Assembly: GCA_903867885.1 (NCBI GenBank)
Contig: CAIPTD010000153.1
Coordinates: 17,269 to 81,268, forward strand
Origin: an uncultured Ferrovum sp.
Lineage (GTDB): Bacteria; Pseudomonadota; Gammaproteobacteria; Burkholderiales; Ferrovaceae
Direction: 5' to 3'
Length of the DNA: 64,000 nucleotides
Shown: piece after piece, positions 1 through 12,967 of the stretch
Numbering within the stretch: position 1 is the stretch's first letter
Layout of the letters: the number at the start of each line of letters is the position of its first letter
Translations under genes and position numbers: made by a program
Notes under the pieces: generated by a model
Database searches by the model: none
What the model was told of the DNA's origin: nothing
What the model saw: the letters and a program-made list of their open reading frames with translations, nothing else

Positions 1-1200
<1,200 letters not shown>

Positions 1201-1214
1201 AGATACTACCTCCC

Positions 1215-3593
1215 CTAGTGGTCGGGCTTCTTGGTTTCCATTGGAAAAGCTATTCCGGGTAAAGCGGCTGGAGCAACGGGCACATTGACCTGTGCTTTTT
1301 CGTTCGGTTCAGATTGGGCGCCTTCGGCAGCTCCGATGTTTTCAACGTAAAACCAGTCGGCGTAGTGCCCCAGCGCGCCGGGGTCTCGGCGTCCCGTGGT
1401 TGGGTCAACCATCACGGACATTACTCCTTCAGGTGGCTTGGGTGAAGACTCTGGAATACCTTGAAGCACTCGACCCATGTATTCCATCCAAATGGGAAGT
1501 GCTGCTTGAGCTCCCGTTTCACCCGCTCCCAAAGAAGCGGGGGTATCAAACCCGATCCAAGACACTGCAACCAAACTAGATTGGTAACCGGCAAACCAAG
1601 CGTCTACGTGCTCACTGGTCGTGCCTGTTTTTCCGGATAAATCTGAGCGACCCAAACTCATTGCTTTTGCACCCGTACCCATGCGAATCACGTCCCCCAT
1701 CATCGATGTCATGATGAAGGCGTTGCGAGGATCGATCGCGGGCGCTTCAATACCCGCTACGAGGGGTTTTGCTTGACTGATCACGCGGCCGGTTTGATCC
1801 TGAATTTTTAAAATAAAGTAGGGACGAACACGGTAACCACCATTTGCAAACACACTGTAACCCACCGCCATTTGCAATGGTGTGACAAGACCCGATCCCA
1901 AAGCCATGCTGAGATAAGCAGGATGCTGTTTGGCATCAAATCCAAAGCGAGTGATGTAGTTTTGAGCATAGCTTGGTGTAATGGCCTGAAGCAGCTTTAC
2001 CGCCACCGTATTTTTTGATTTGGCCAATGCGACGCGTAATCGAATAGGGCCATCGTACTCTGGCTCATAATTTTTAGGCTCCCAAGCCTCACCGTTATCC
2101 GCTGCAGGAATGACCGTTAATTCGTCCCGCATGATGCTTGCAGGAGAAAAATGCTTCTCTAGCGCAGCCGAATAAATAAAAGGTTTAAAGCTAGAGCCGG
2201 GCTGACGCCACGCTTGAGTAACGTGATTAAATTTGTTGGTGGAAAAATCAAAGCCCCCAACCAGGGCATGAATTGCACCATCCTGAGGGTCTAGCGCGAT
2301 AAGCGCTGAAGAAACATTAGGGAGCTGTGCGATGGACCAATCTCCTTTAGCGGAGCGTGTAACACGAACAATCGAACCTCTGCGTAACACATTTTTCATT
2401 TTGCTTGAGGAGCCAGGTAAAGCGGCTCTGACAAACTTCAAGCCCTCCCCTTCAATTTTAAGGTTCTCGCCGGATTTGGTGTACACCCCCACAAACTTAC
2501 CATCCAAGCTCAACACCACTGCAGGGATAAGATTATCACTCCCTTCATACTCGCTTAGCGCATCATCGTAATCATCTTCGGTAGCAGTACTCTCTAATTC
2601 TGCAAACCCTTCTGGCCCGCGATAGCCATGCCGGCGATCATAATCCAAAACCCCTTTTCTGACGGCTGCCCACGCAGTGTCCTGATCGACTTTAAGCAAT
2701 GTGGTTGTCACCTTATAGCCTCGTGAGTACGCTGCTTCACCATAAGTTTCAACCATATACTGGCGGGCCATTTCAGAAACAAAGTCAGCATGGCTATTGA
2801 CCGAAACGCCAGCGCGGGGCGCTGGATGGCCAGGGTTTTTTAACGCATCTTGATACTGCGTTTCATTAATAAATTTCAACTCATGCATGCGCCGTAATAC
2901 ATAGCGTTGGCGTAACTCTGCTCGTTTTGGATTGGCAATGGGATTAAATCGTGAGGGCGCTTTAGGGAGGCCTGCAAGCATAGCCATTTCTGCCAATGTC
3001 AATTCTTTAAGGGGGCGCCCATAATAAGCCAAGGCTGCAGCGCCAAATCCATAAGCACGTTGACCTAAATAAATCTGATTGATGTAGAGCTCAAGAATTT
3101 GGTCTTTAGTGAGATGCCGCTCAATCTCCATGGCCAACATTGCCTCAGAAATTTTTCTAGCAAACGTTTTTTCGTTGCTTAAAAAGAAATTACGGGCCAC
3201 TTGCATAGTTATCGTGCTGGCACCTTCTTTTGCCCCACGCGCCAGAACATTCGCAAACATGGCCCGAATCACCCCAAACCAATCTATTCCACCGTGACTA
3301 TAAAAGCGATCATCTTCAGCCGCCAAGATAGCCTGACGCATTTTAAGTGGTACGTCTGCAAACTTCTGAATATCCCTTCTCTCTTCACCAAATTCCCCAA
3401 CGAGTTGCTCATCGGCCGTGTAAATGCGAAGCGGCACTTTGGGTCGGTAGTCACGAAGCGCATCAACATCCGGAATACTGGGATAAAGTAAAGCAACCGT
3501 GAGCGCACCAATCGCCACCACCACTAAAAATAAGGCGCTCAAGATAGCGATTGGATAAAGGAAACGACGAGGATGCATTGACTGGGGCTGCAT
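1215..3593 (-). CDS. mrcA: Penicillin-binding protein 1A (bifunctional glycosyltransferase/transpeptidase)
   Basis: 792 aa with an N-terminal membrane anchor. GT51 motif AAEDDRFYSHGGID; transpeptidase SxxK (GSSFKP) and KTGTT motifs. Confidence 0.92.
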   Translation of the reverse strand: MQPQSMHPRRFLYPIAILSALFLVVVAIGALTVALLYPSIPDVDALRDYRPKVPLRIYTADEQLVGEFGEERRDIQKFADVPLKMRQAILAAEDDRFYSHGGIDWFGVIRAMFANVLARGAKEGASTITMQVARNFFLSNEKTFARKISEAMLAMEIERHLTKDQILELYINQIYLGQRAYGFGAAALAYYGRPLKELTLAEMAMLAGLPKAPSRFNPIANPKRAELRQRYVLRRMHELKFINETQYQDALKNPGHPAPRAGVSVNSHADFVSEMARQYMVETYGEAAYSRGYKVTTTLLKVDQDTAWAAVRKGVLDYDRRHGYRGPEGFAELESTATEDDYDDALSEYEGSDNLIPAVVLSLDGKFVGVYTKSGENLKIEGEGLKFVRAALPGSSSKMKNVLRRGSIVRVTRSAKGDWSIAQLPNVSSALIALDPQDGAIHALVGGFDFSTNKFNHVTQAWRQPGSSFKPFIYSAALEKHFSPASIMRDELTVIPAADNGEAWEPKNYEPEYDGPIRLRVALAKSKNTVAVKLLQAITPSYAQNYITRFGFDAKQHPAYLSMALGSGLVTPLQMAVGYSVFANGGYRVRPYFILKIQDQTGRVISQAKPLVAGIEAPAIDPRNAFIMTSMMGDVIRMGTGAKAMSLGRSDLSGKTGTTSEHVDAWFAGYQSSLVAVSWIGFDTPASLGAGETGAQAALPIWMEYMGRVLQGIPESSPKPPEGVMSVMVDPTTGRRDPGALGHYADWFYVENIGAAEGAQSEPNEKAQVNVPVAPAALPGIAFPMETKKPDH

Positions 3594-3665
3594 CTAGAAT
3601 TTTGGATGAGATAGTACATTCTCGCCTCATCTGGGGTTTTATGCCAGTACTGCTAGAATGATGAC

Positions 3666-4199
3666 ATGGAGCATTCATCCAAAAATCTATTTTTAATCGG
3701 ACTGATGGGTGCAGGTAAAACGACGATAGGTAAAGCATTAGCGCGTCGTATGCACCTGCAATTCATAGATAGCGATCATGAAATCGAAGCGCGCACAGGC
3801 GTCAGCGTTCGTACTATATTTGAACTAGAGGGCGAAACGGGTTTTCGTGCGCGCGAATCATCAACGATTGCAGACTTAACTTTACGCAAAGGGATTGTTC
3901 TAGCTACCGGTGGAGGAGCGGTTCTACTTGAAGAAACAAGAAAATGTTTAAACGAACGCGGCATCGTCATTTATCTGCGTGCGCGCCCGGAAGATCTGTA
4001 TAAAAGAACCAAACATGATCGCGAGCGCCCACTTCTGCAAACAGACGATCCTTTGGCAAAACTGAGGGCTTTGCTGGAAGCGCGGCATACATTTTATGAA
4101 AAAACCGCCCACATCATTATTGATACAGGCGAGCAAGGTGTGCCTCGCCTCATTTCCAACATCGAAAAAGAACTCCTTGAGTTTCAAACTCAATCTTAA
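3666..4199 (+). CDS. aroK: Shikimate kinase
   Basis: 177 aa; Walker A GLMGAGKTTIGK; conserved position directly upstream of aroB. Confidence 0.9.
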   Translation: MEHSSKNLFLIGLMGAGKTTIGKALARRMHLQFIDSDHEIEARTGVSVRTIFELEGETGFRARESSTIADLTLRKGIVLATGGGAVLLEETRKCLNERGIVIYLRARPEDLYKRTKHDRERPLLQTDDPLAKLRALLEARHTFYEKTAHIIIDTGEQGVPRLISNIEKELLEFQTQS

Positions 4200-4210
4200 A
4201 GCCCATTCAA

Positions 4211-5311
4211 ATGCGAACACTCAACGTTAACCTACCCCACCATAGCTATCCAATTTTGATTGGTCAGAATCTTTTACATCAGGGTGCAGCGCTTCTTCAG
4301 CCTTATTTGGCCGGGCGGCAAGTCGCGCTCGTCAGTAATACTACTATCGCCCCCCTCTATGCTGATGCGCTTGCACAGCAATTCAAGCAAGCAGGACTGG
4401 AGGTTTTACAAATCACCTTGCCAGATGGGGAACAATTTAAGTCTCGCGAATACTTTGATGGCATTCATGATCAGCTCATCGCCGCACGTTTTGAGCGTAA
4501 AGCTACTTTAGTCGCTGTTGGTGGCGGAGTAGTGGGGGATATTGGGGGCTACGCTGCAGCCACCTTTCTTCGCGGTATTGCTTTCATTCAGGTTCCCACC
4601 ACTCTTCTGGCGCAAGTAGATTCGTCAGTAGGGGGTAAAACAGGGATTAACCATCCCTTAGGCAAAAATCTAATCGGCGCGTTTCATCAACCTCGCGCAG
4701 TATTATCCGATCTTGCAACTTTGAATACCCTTCCCAAACGAGAATTTACAGCGGGGATGGCAGAGGTCTTAAAGTATGGTTTTATTCGGGATGGAAATTT
4801 TTTAAATTGGTTAGAGTCCCATTTGGATCCCCTAATGGAGCGCGATCCAGAATGCCTAGCCGAGGCAATCTATCAATCTTGTCGCAACAAAGCCGAAGTT
4901 GTGGTGGCAGACGAAAGAGAAACCGGGGAACGTGCGCTGCTGAACTTGGGTCACACATTTGGTCATGCAATAGAAGCTGGGCTAGGTTTTGGTTCTTGGC
5001 TTCACGGCGAAGCGGTAGGAGCAGGGATCGTCTTGGCCGCAGAAGTGTCGAGTATTGCAAACCTGCTGGATGCTCAAGCACGAGATCGCATTGAACACCT
5101 TGTTGCACGCACCGGGCTTCCAGTTCGCTCGCCTGATTTAGGCTTTGATCGTTGGATGGAACTGATGGCATCAGATAAAAAAGTTGACCATGGTCGAATT
5201 AAATTTGTATTGCTTGAAGCGGCGGATCGGGCCGTGCAGGGAAAAGAAGTGGAACTATCCATTCTAGAGAAATGTCTTGGAAAAGCTTCCCGTGTCATTG
5301 ACTTCAAATGA
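4211..5311 (+). CDS. aroB: 3-dehydroquinate synthase
   Basis: 366 aa; NAD-binding GGGVVGDIGG; metal-binding NLGHTFGHAIE and WLHGEAV motifs. Confidence 0.93.
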   Translation: MRTLNVNLPHHSYPILIGQNLLHQGAALLQPYLAGRQVALVSNTTIAPLYADALAQQFKQAGLEVLQITLPDGEQFKSREYFDGIHDQLIAARFERKATLVAVGGGVVGDIGGYAAATFLRGIAFIQVPTTLLAQVDSSVGGKTGINHPLGKNLIGAFHQPRAVLSDLATLNTLPKREFTAGMAEVLKYGFIRDGNFLNWLESHLDPLMERDPECLAEAIYQSCRNKAEVVVADERETGERALLNLGHTFGHAIEAGLGFGSWLHGEAVGAGIVLAAEVSSIANLLDAQARDRIEHLVARTGLPVRSPDLGFDRWMELMASDKKVDHGRIKFVLLEAADRAVQGKEVELSILEKCLGKASRVIDFK

Positions 5312-5562
5312 ATCTTTGCAAAATTTAAATAACAAGCTATAACTTTATAGGACAACCTATCGTGCAACGCAAAAAATCGGCTTTCCGTATGAATTTATTG
5401 ACGGTATGATTACTTCCCCCGCTATTTGCGTCCGGCCCCCCGAGCCAATCGTTGTTCTCTTGCCTTCCATGGCACCGAACTTCGACCCGGAAAGCAACGC
5501 CACCGCGGGAACATCCAAGAATTTGTCTCGCGGCTTGTGCGCATCGACACTAGAGGTTCGAC

Positions 5563-8500
5563 TTGAATCATTTAACTCTGCCCCCTAAACAAGGGCTATA
5601 CGATCCAAAACATGAACATGATGCTTGTGGCGTAGGTTTTGTTGCCAACATTCATGGTAAGAAATCTCATCAACTGGTTGAACAAGGCCTAAAAATCCTT
5701 GAAAACCTTACGCACCGAGGCGCAGTAGGCGCGGACCCCCTTGCTGGGGATGGAGCGGGAATATTGATTCAGATTCCTGATTCCTTTCTGCGCACCTGCG
5801 TTGAAGAGTTGGGGTTTTCTTTGCCTCCTGAGGGCGACTACGGAGTTGGCGCGGTGTTTTTACCCCGCGATCCTGTCGAACGCGCAGCCATTGAAACCTT
5901 ATTTGTTCAAATGGTGCAAGAAGAGGGTCAAACGCTACTGGGTTGGCGCGATGTACCTGTTGACAGCAGCGGTCTGGGTGAGAGTGTTAAAAAAGTTGAG
6001 CCCTTCATTCGTCATATTTTTGTAGCCCGCGGTTCAGGCACAGCTAACCAACAAAGCTTTGAACGCAAACTTTTTGTCATCCGAAAAAGAGTAGAGCACG
6101 GTGTTGCAGCTCTTTCGCTCAATCAAGGCAGCATGTTTTACGTGCCTTCATTTTCCTCACGCACCTTGATCTATAAGGGCATGTTGCTCGCACATCAAGT
6201 CGGAGAGTTTTACCTGGATTTGCGTGACCCCTCAATGGTTACGGCGCTCTCCTTGGTGCATCAGCGCTTCTCTACCAATACCTTTCCCACTTGGGATTTG
6301 GCTCATCCTTTCCGCATGATTGCCCACAATGGTGAAATTAATACCTTACGCGGAAATGTAAATTGGATGGCAGCGCGCAGACATGCTTTGTCTTCCACCG
6401 CATTGGGTGATGACCTAAAGAAATTATGGCCCTTGATCGACGAAGGCCAATCTGATTCTGCAAGTTTTGACAATGCGCTTGAGCTACTCGTTGCGGGCGG
6501 CTATCCATTGGCTCAAGCCATGACGCTGCTGATTCCTGAAGCTTGGGCCGGCAATCCTTTAATGGACGAAGAGCGTCGCGCTTATTACGAATATCATGCC
6601 GCCCTGATGGAACCATGGGATGGGCCCGCTGCAGTAGCCTTCACAGATGGCCGACAAATTGGCGCGACACTAGATCGAAACGGTCTGCGACCCGCCCGTT
6701 ACCAGCTCACCAAAGATGGCACCATCTTGATGGCATCGGAGATGGGCGTATTGGATTTCCCACAAGATCAAATCATCAAAAAATGGCGTTTACAACCCGG
6801 CAAGATGCTTCTGATTGACCTTGAAGAAGGGCGCATTATTGATGACGCTGAACTCAAGCGTACGCTGGCACAAGAGCACCCTTATCGTGAGTGGTTGGCA
6901 AAAACCCAGCTGCGCCTAGAAGAACTACCGACCTCCAGCCACAAAGCACCTGAAACAAATCGGACCACTTTGCTGGATCGCCAGCAAGCTTTTGGTTTTA
7001 CACAAGAAGACTTGAAGTTCCTAATGACTCCCATGGCAGCAACAGGCCAGGAAGCGATTGGGTCAATGGGCGACGACACCCCTCTCGCGGTGCTGTCAAA
7101 CAAGCCACGCCCGCTCTATCAGTATTTCCGCCAGTTATTTGCTCAGGTTACCAATCCACCAATTGATCCCATTCGTGAAGAACTGGTGATGTCTTTGGTC
7201 TCATTCCTGGGCCCACGCCCCAACTTGCTAGCGGTTGATACACTTAATCCTCAGCCAAGGCTGGAAGTACACCAGCCTGTGCTTTCCATAGAAGACATGG
7301 AGAAGGTCCGCAGCATTCAGGAATTAACCAAAGGCACCTTCCGTTCTACCGAACTCTCTATTTGTTTTCCCGCCGAATCAGGTGCAACGGGTATGGAAGC
7401 CGCACTTAAGGCGGTGTGTCACGCAGCAGAAATGCATGTTGGTGAAGGCTTCAATGTCATCATTCTGTCTGATCGCGCGGTATCGGAAGGAATGGCGCCT
7501 ATTCCCGCACTACTTGCTACGGCAGCGGTGCATCATCATTTAGTCAAAACGGGATTGAGAACCAGTGCTGGCTTGGTAATCGAAACAGGTTCAGCCCGAG
7601 AAGTTCATCATTTTGCTTGCTTAGCAGGTTATGGTGCTGAAGCCATTCACCCCTACTTAGCCTATGAAACGATTGGGGATATGAGTGAGTATCTGCCTGC
7701 TGATTTAGCTCATTACGAAGCTTGCAAACGCTTTATTAAGGCGATCTCCAAGGGCTTGTTGAAGGTGATGTCCAAAATGGGTATCTCCACCTATCAATCG
7801 TATTGTGGCGCTCAAATTTTCGAGTCGATTGGGTTGAATACGAACTTTGTTCATGAATATTTCCGCGGAACTTCCAGCAATGTTGAAGGAATAGGCATTG
7901 CAGAAGTTGCCGAAGAAGTCCTGCGCCTTCATCGCTTGGCTTACTCGGATGCACCTTTATATCGTGACTCTCTAGACCCAGGTGGGGATTATGCTTACCG
8001 TGTTCGTGGCGAAGCCCATATGTGGACGCCGGAAAGCGTATCGAAACTTCAGCACGCTACGCGTTCAGGTAGTTTTTCTACCTATAAAGAATATGCAAAC
8101 GCCATTAACAATCAGGCCACTCAACTCCTCACTCTTCGGGGTTTGTTTGAGATTCGGACTGCTCCGCAGCCCATCCCTCTGTCTGAGGTGGAGTCCGCCA
8201 AGGAGATCGTGAAGCGATTTGCAACCGGGGCCATGTCTCTGGGCTCTATTTCTCACGAAGCACATAGCACCCTAGCCATTGCGATGAACCGTATGGGAGG
8301 GAAATCTAATACCGGCGAAGGCGGCGAAGACCCCATTCGCTTTAAGCCCATGGAAAGCGGTGACTCCATGCGGTCATCGATTAAACAGATTGCTGCAGGC
8401 CGTTTTGGTGTGACAACAGAATATCTTGTTAATGCGGACGATTTGCAGATCAAGATGGCACAAGGCGCAAAACCTGGCGAAGGCGGCCAGTTACCCGGCC

Positions 8501-10185
8501 ATAAAGTCAGCAAGTACATTGCCAAAATTCGTCACTCCGTCCCGGGCGTAGGCTTGATTTCCCCACCCCCGCACCATGACATCTATTCAATTGAAGACCT
8601 AGCCCAACTGATTCATGACTTGAAAAACGTTAATCCTCGCGCACGCGTGAGCGTAAAGCTTGTTTCTGAGGTTGGAGTCGGTACCGTAGCGGCAGGGGTT
8701 TCAAAAGCGCATGCTGATCACATCACCATTTCAGGCCATGATGGTGGTACAGGCGCCTCTCCCTTGTCCTCGGTCAAATTTGCAGGTTCCCCATGGGAAT
8801 TAGGCTTGGCGGAGACGCAACAAACTCTGGTACTCAATCAATTACGTAGCCGGGTTTGCGTTCAGGCGGACGGTCAAATGAAAACCGGCCGAGATGTGGT
8901 TATTGCTGCTTTGTTGGGTGCAGATGAATTCGGTTTTGCTACTGCCCCGCTGGTTGTTCAGGGTTGCATTATGATGAGGAAATGCCACCTGAATACCTGC
9001 CCAGTGGGAATTGCAACACAGGACCCTGAACTGATTAAACGTTTCAATGGCCAACCCGAACACGTCATCAATTATTTCTTCTTTGTTGCAGAAGAAGTAC
9101 GAGAGTACATGGCTCAAATGGGCTTCCGCACGTTCGACGAAATGATTGGCCGTGCTGATATGCTCGATACTCGAAAAGGTGTAGCGCACTGGAAGGCAAA
9201 GGGCCTTGATTTTAGTCGTGTTTTTTATCGCCCAGAAGTCCCGGCAGGCACTTCACTGCGCTGGTCAGATCGACAAGACCACGGCTTAGAAAAGGCTCTT
9301 GATCACACGCTCATTGCAGCAGCCCACCCCGCCCTGGAGCGCAAGGAGCCCGTTCAAATCAGTACCTCGATTCGAAACTTGAATCGAACCTTCGGAGCTA
9401 TGCTTTCCGGGGAGGTTGCAAAACGATATGGCCATGCGGGTCTTCCTGAAGATACGATACATATCAAGGTTTCTGGGATTGCGGGTCAAAGTTTTGGGGC
9501 ATTTTTAGCTCATGGTATTAGCATTGAACTGCAAGGCGAAGCCAATGATTATGTAGGAAAGGGTTTGTCAGGCGGACGGATCGTCATCTACCCCCCCTCA
9601 GAATGCCCCATTCAACCCGCACAAAATATTATTGTTGGGAACACGGTTTTATACGGCGCAATCAATGGAGAGGCTTATTTCTGCGGTGTGGCAGGAGAGC
9701 GTTTCGCTGTTCGTAACTCTGGTGCCACGGCGGTCGTTGAAGGAGTGGGGGATCATGGTTGTGAATACATGACGGGGGGTACTGTCGTTGTTCTTGGGCA
9801 ATCAGGTCGTAACTTCGCGGCGGGCATGAGTGGTGGAGTAGCGTATGTCCTTGATGAAGCAGGAGACTTTGAACATCGTTGTAATCTGGCGATGGTTGAA
9901 CTCGAGCCCATTCCTGCTGAAGCACTATTAGCCAATGGCGATGAACTTGAATCGCATGGCAAAGTAGATGTCAATCATCTAGGAACGGAAGACGCTGTCC
10001 TCCTGAAACGTCTGATTGAAAACCATGCCCGATATACGGGTAGTACCCGTGCGCGTGACATTTTGGATCGTTGGTCAGAGATGCTGCCTAGATTCGTTAA
10101 AGTCATGCCGATGGAATATCGTCGCGCACTTCAAGAACTCGCTGCCGAGCATGCTGCAGCCGAGGCCAGTGCGGTAGTTCAGTAA
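5563..10185 (+). CDS. gltB: Glutamate synthase (NADPH) large subunit
   Basis: 1540 aa; N-terminal Ntn-amidotransferase Cys ([10 protein letters not shown]), central FMN/Fe-S domain and C-terminal GXGXG domain; TTG start. Confidence 0.96.
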   Translation: MNHLTLPPKQGLYDPKHEHDACGVGFVANIHGKKSHQLVEQGLKILENLTHRGAVGADPLAGDGAGILIQIPDSFLRTCVEELGFSLPPEGDYGVGAVFLPRDPVERAAIETLFVQMVQEEGQTLLGWRDVPVDSSGLGESVKKVEPFIRHIFVARGSGTANQQSFERKLFVIRKRVEHGVAALSLNQGSMFYVPSFSSRTLIYKGMLLAHQVGEFYLDLRDPSMVTALSLVHQRFSTNTFPTWDLAHPFRMIAHNGEINTLRGNVNWMAARRHALSSTALGDDLKKLWPLIDEGQSDSASFDNALELLVAGGYPLAQAMTLLIPEAWAGNPLMDEERRAYYEYHAALMEPWDGPAAVAFTDGRQIGATLDRNGLRPARYQLTKDGTILMASEMGVLDFPQDQIIKKWRLQPGKMLLIDLEEGRIIDDAELKRTLAQEHPYREWLAKTQLRLEELPTSSHKAPETNRTTLLDRQQAFGFTQEDLKFLMTPMAATGQEAIGSMGDDTPLAVLSNKPRPLYQYFRQLFAQVTNPPIDPIREELVMSLVSFLGPRPNLLAVDTLNPQPRLEVHQPVLSIEDMEKVRSIQELTKGTFRSTELSICFPAESGATGMEAALKAVCHAAEMHVGEGFNVIILSDRAVSEGMAPIPALLATAAVHHHLVKTGLRTSAGLVIETGSAREVHHFACLAGYGAEAIHPYLAYETIGDMSEYLPADLAHYEACKRFIKAISKGLLKVMSKMGISTYQSYCGAQIFESIGLNTNFVHEYFRGTSSNVEGIGIAEVAEEVLRLHRLAYSDAPLYRDSLDPGGDYAYRVRGEAHMWTPESVSKLQHATRSGSFSTYKEYANAINNQATQLLTLRGLFEIRTAPQPIPLSEVESAKEIVKRFATGAMSLGSISHEAHSTLAIAMNRMGGKSNTGEGGEDPIRFKPMESGDSMRSSIKQIAAGRFGVTTEYLVNADDLQIKMAQGAKPGEGGQLPGHKVSKYIAKIRHSVPGVGLISPPPHHDIYSIEDLAQLIHDLKNVNPRARVSVKLVSEVGVGTVAAGVSKAHADHITISGHDGGTGASPLSSVKFAGSPWELGLAETQQTLVLNQLRSRVCVQADGQMKTGRDVVIAALLGADEFGFATAPLVVQGCIMMRKCHLNTCPVGIATQDPELIKRFNGQPEHVINYFFFVAEEVREYMAQMGFRTFDEMIGRADMLDTRKGVAHWKAKGLDFSRVFYRPEVPAGTSLRWSDRQDHGLEKALDHTLIAAAHPALERKEPVQISTSIRNLNRTFGAMLSGEVAKRYGHAGLPEDTIHIKVSGIAGQSFGAFLAHGISIELQGEANDYVGKGLSGGRIVIYPPSECPIQPAQNIIVGNTVLYGAINGEAYFCGVAGERFAVRNSGATAVVEGVGDHGCEYMTGGTVVVLGQSGRNFAAGMSGGVAYVLDEAGDFEHRCNLAMVELEPIPAEALLANGDELESHGKVDVNHLGTEDAVLLKRLIENHARYTGSTRARDILDRWSEMLPRFVKVMPMEYRRALQELAAEHAAAEASAVVQ

Positions 10186-10199
10186 ATTAAGGAGCTGTA

Positions 10200-11639
10200 A
10201 TGGGTAAGGTCACCGGTTTTCTTGAGGTTGAACGCGTTGAGCCAGCGAGCTTGCCTCCGGCTGAAAGAATCAAGTTTTATCGTGAGTTTTCTTTAGATTT
10301 ACCTGAAAAGGAACTGCGCGACCAAGGTTCTCGCTGTATGGATTGTGGTATCCCTTTTTGCCAAACTGGCTGCCCTGTGAACAATATCATCCCAGACTGG
10401 AATGATTTGGTGTACCACGGACGGTGGCAAGAGGCGGTGGAAACACTGCATTCCACTAATAACTTTCCGGAATTTACGGGCCGGATTTGCCCAGCACCGT
10501 GCGAGTCGTCTTGCGTACTCAATATCAACAGTAAAGCCGTCACCATCAAAAATATCGAACATTCGATTATTGATAAAGCATGGGACAGTGGCTGGGTTAA
10601 GCCTGTCATTGCTTCACACCGTACGGGCAAAAAGGTGGCCGTAATTGGTTCTGGCCCTGCGGGTCTTGCCTCAGCCCAACAGTTAGCGCGTGCTGGACAT
10701 GATGTTGTTGTATTCGAAAAAAATGATCGTGTGGGTGGCCTTCTTCGCTACGGTATCCCCGACTTCAAAATGGAAAAACACCTCATTGATCGGCGTTTGG
10801 AACAACTTCGCGCTGAAGGGGTTGAGTTCCGCACCCAACAGCATGTTGGAGTGAATGTAAACGCTCAAGATTTATTGAGCGAATATGACGCCGTGATTTT
10901 AAGTGGAGGATCAGAGTACCCCCGAGACTTGCCCGTCGCTGGGCGTGAGCTGGATGGCGTTCACTTTGCCATGAACTTTTTGCCGCAACAAAACAAACGT
11001 GTAGCGGGTGATCACTTAACAGATCAGCTCACTGCGACTGGTAAACACGTGGTTGTCATCGGTGGCGGAGATACCGGTTCAGATTGTGTAGGCACTTCTA
11101 TTCGTCAAGGGGCTTTGTCGGTTACTCAATTCGAGCTAATGCCGCGCCCCCCCGAAGAAGAAAATCGCCCTCTGACTTGGCCAAACTGGCCCATGCGCAT
11201 GCGCACCTCTAGCAGCCAAGAAGAAGGCTGCGAGCGCGATTGGGCTGTTGGAACGAAAGCATTTTTGGGTGAAAACGGCAAAATCAAAACCCTTCGGGCT
11301 CATAGACTAGAGTGGTCTAAGGATCCCTCAAGCGGTCAAATGAAAATGTCGGAAATTGCTGGAAGTGAGTTTGAGATTCCTGCCGACTTAGTCCTTTTGG
11401 CAATGGGATATGTTCACCCCGTCCAAACTGGTTTACTACAACAACTTGGGGTGGCCTTAGATTCACGCGGTAATGTCTCTGCCAATACTGATGTTTACCA
11501 AACCTCAGTTGCCAAAGTGTTCTCAGCCGGAGACATGCGTAGAGGTCAATCTTTGGTAGTATGGGCAATCCGTGAGGGTCGTCAGTGCGCTCGTGCCGTT
11601 GACGAATTTCTCATGGGATCCTCAACTCTACCGCGATAA
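10200..11639 (+). CDS. gltD: Glutamate synthase small subunit
   Basis: 479 aa; Fe-S cysteines ([14 protein letters not shown]); two dinucleotide-binding motifs ([19 protein letters not shown]); 14 nt after gltB. Confidence 0.94.
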   Translation: MGKVTGFLEVERVEPASLPPAERIKFYREFSLDLPEKELRDQGSRCMDCGIPFCQTGCPVNNIIPDWNDLVYHGRWQEAVETLHSTNNFPEFTGRICPAPCESSCVLNINSKAVTIKNIEHSIIDKAWDSGWVKPVIASHRTGKKVAVIGSGPAGLASAQQLARAGHDVVVFEKNDRVGGLLRYGIPDFKMEKHLIDRRLEQLRAEGVEFRTQQHVGVNVNAQDLLSEYDAVILSGGSEYPRDLPVAGRELDGVHFAMNFLPQQNKRVAGDHLTDQLTATGKHVVVIGGGDTGSDCVGTSIRQGALSVTQFELMPRPPEEENRPLTWPNWPMRMRTSSSQEEGCERDWAVGTKAFLGENGKIKTLRAHRLEWSKDPSSGQMKMSEIAGSEFEIPADLVLLAMGYVHPVQTGLLQQLGVALDSRGNVSANTDVYQTSVAKVFSAGDMRRGQSLVVWAIREGRQCARAVDEFLMGSSTLPR

Positions 11640-11640
11640 T

Positions 11641-12705
11641 ATGAGCTCACTTCAAAACGATACCTTCCTTCGTGCATTAATGCGCGAACCTGTTGATTAC
11701 ACTCCTTTATGGATTATGCGACAGGCCGGGAGGTATCTTCCTGAGTACAATGCAACCCGCGCGCAAGCCGGAGATTTCTTGGCGTTGTGTAAAAACCCGA
11801 ATCTGGCTACAGAAGTGACGCTTCAGCCTTTAGATCGTTTTCCCCTTGATGCAGCTATTTTGTTTTCTGACATCCTGACCATTCCGGATGCAATGGGTTT
11901 AGGTTTGCGCTTTACTGCAGGGGAAGGCCCAAAGTTAGACCACCCCCTGAGGGATGAAGCATCGATCAAGGCCTTACGCTTACCCGATGTAAACAGTGAC
12001 TTACGTTATGTTACCGATGCAGTATCGCAAATTCGTCGTTCTTTGAATGGGCGGGTGCCCTTAATTGGCTTCTCTGGTAGCCCCTATACGCTCGCCTGCT
12101 ACATGATTGAAGGTGGTGGATCAGATGACTTTAGGCACATCAAAGGGATGCTTTACGCACGCCCCGACTTACTCCATCACATTCTTAAAGTGACAACACA
12201 AGCGGTAATCAGCTATCTCAATGCGCAAATTCAAGCTGGTGCGCAAGCAGTGATGGTTTTTGATACTTGGGGGGGGTCGCTTTCCCATTCGGCTTATCAT
12301 GAGTTTTCACTTCCCTACCTTTCAGAAATCGCCCATGGCCTCACGCGTGAATCAGATGGACGCATTGTCCCGCGTATTGCCTTCACAAAAGGGGGCGGAT
12401 TGTGGCTAGAAAGCATGGCCACTGCCGGTTATGACGCCTTAGGGTTAGATTGGGCTATTGATATTGGGGATGCGAGAAAACGTGTAGGTGATAAAGTGGC
12501 GCTCCAGGGTAACTTTGATCCTATGGCTTTATTCGGATCGCCTGATGCCATTCAACAAGAGGCCGCTCGCATCTTAGAGCGATTTGGGCGTGGATCTGGG
12601 CATGTATTCAATCTAGGTCACGGAGTATCCCAACATACCAACCCCGATCATGTTGCAGCCTTGGTTGATGCTGTGCATTGTTTTAGTAAGCCCTATCACG
12701 TTTAA
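11641..12705 (+). CDS. hemE: Uroporphyrinogen decarboxylase
   Basis: [15 protein letters not shown] signature. ATG 11641 lies one nt after the gltD stop; the longer ORF-track start at 11572 would overlap gltD and adds non-homologous residues. Confidence 0.92.
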   Translation: MSSLQNDTFLRALMREPVDYTPLWIMRQAGRYLPEYNATRAQAGDFLALCKNPNLATEVTLQPLDRFPLDAAILFSDILTIPDAMGLGLRFTAGEGPKLDHPLRDEASIKALRLPDVNSDLRYVTDAVSQIRRSLNGRVPLIGFSGSPYTLACYMIEGGGSDDFRHIKGMLYARPDLLHHILKVTTQAVISYLNAQIQAGAQAVMVFDTWGGSLSHSAYHEFSLPYLSEIAHGLTRESDGRIVPRIAFTKGGGLWLESMATAGYDALGLDWAIDIGDARKRVGDKVALQGNFDPMALFGSPDAIQQEAARILERFGRGSGHVFNLGHGVSQHTNPDHVAALVDAVHCFSKPYHV

Positions 12706-12967
12706 ATCAAACTCCCGCTTGACAGATTTTAATATGATGAAAACCCTTGGGGCACCGGCTTTTCCACAAGCCAAGCCCTTTTCATCCAATAAAAACAACA
12801 ACTTGCTGAAAGCCTCTAAAACAAGTTTAACCCATTGATTAATAAGCAGTAATTATTATTATCCTGTTTTTTTGCGTTGCCTTACCAATGATTCGCTGGC
12901 TCTATAGCGAGAAAGTGAGTTGGGTTATGAACACAGTTGTCCACAGGCTAATTTCTTATATATCGCT

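Noticed and set aside
5449-5501. Possible glutamine (glnA-type) riboswitch in the gltB leader.
   Set aside because: The enclosing stem exists, but the conserved internal nucleotides of the glnA RNA motif, as I remember them, are not present. It is kept only as a generic structured-leader hypothesis.
5406-5588. 60-aa ORF in the gltB leader, a possible leader peptide.
   Set aside because: It has no SD, a Pro/Ser-rich non-descript translation, and it runs into the gltB start in another frame. I treat the region as non-coding leader.
12718-12737. TTGACA followed by TATGAT downstream of hemE, a possible promoter.
   Set aside because: The two hexamers are only 8 nt apart, which is incompatible with a sigma-70 promoter (16-19 nt spacing).
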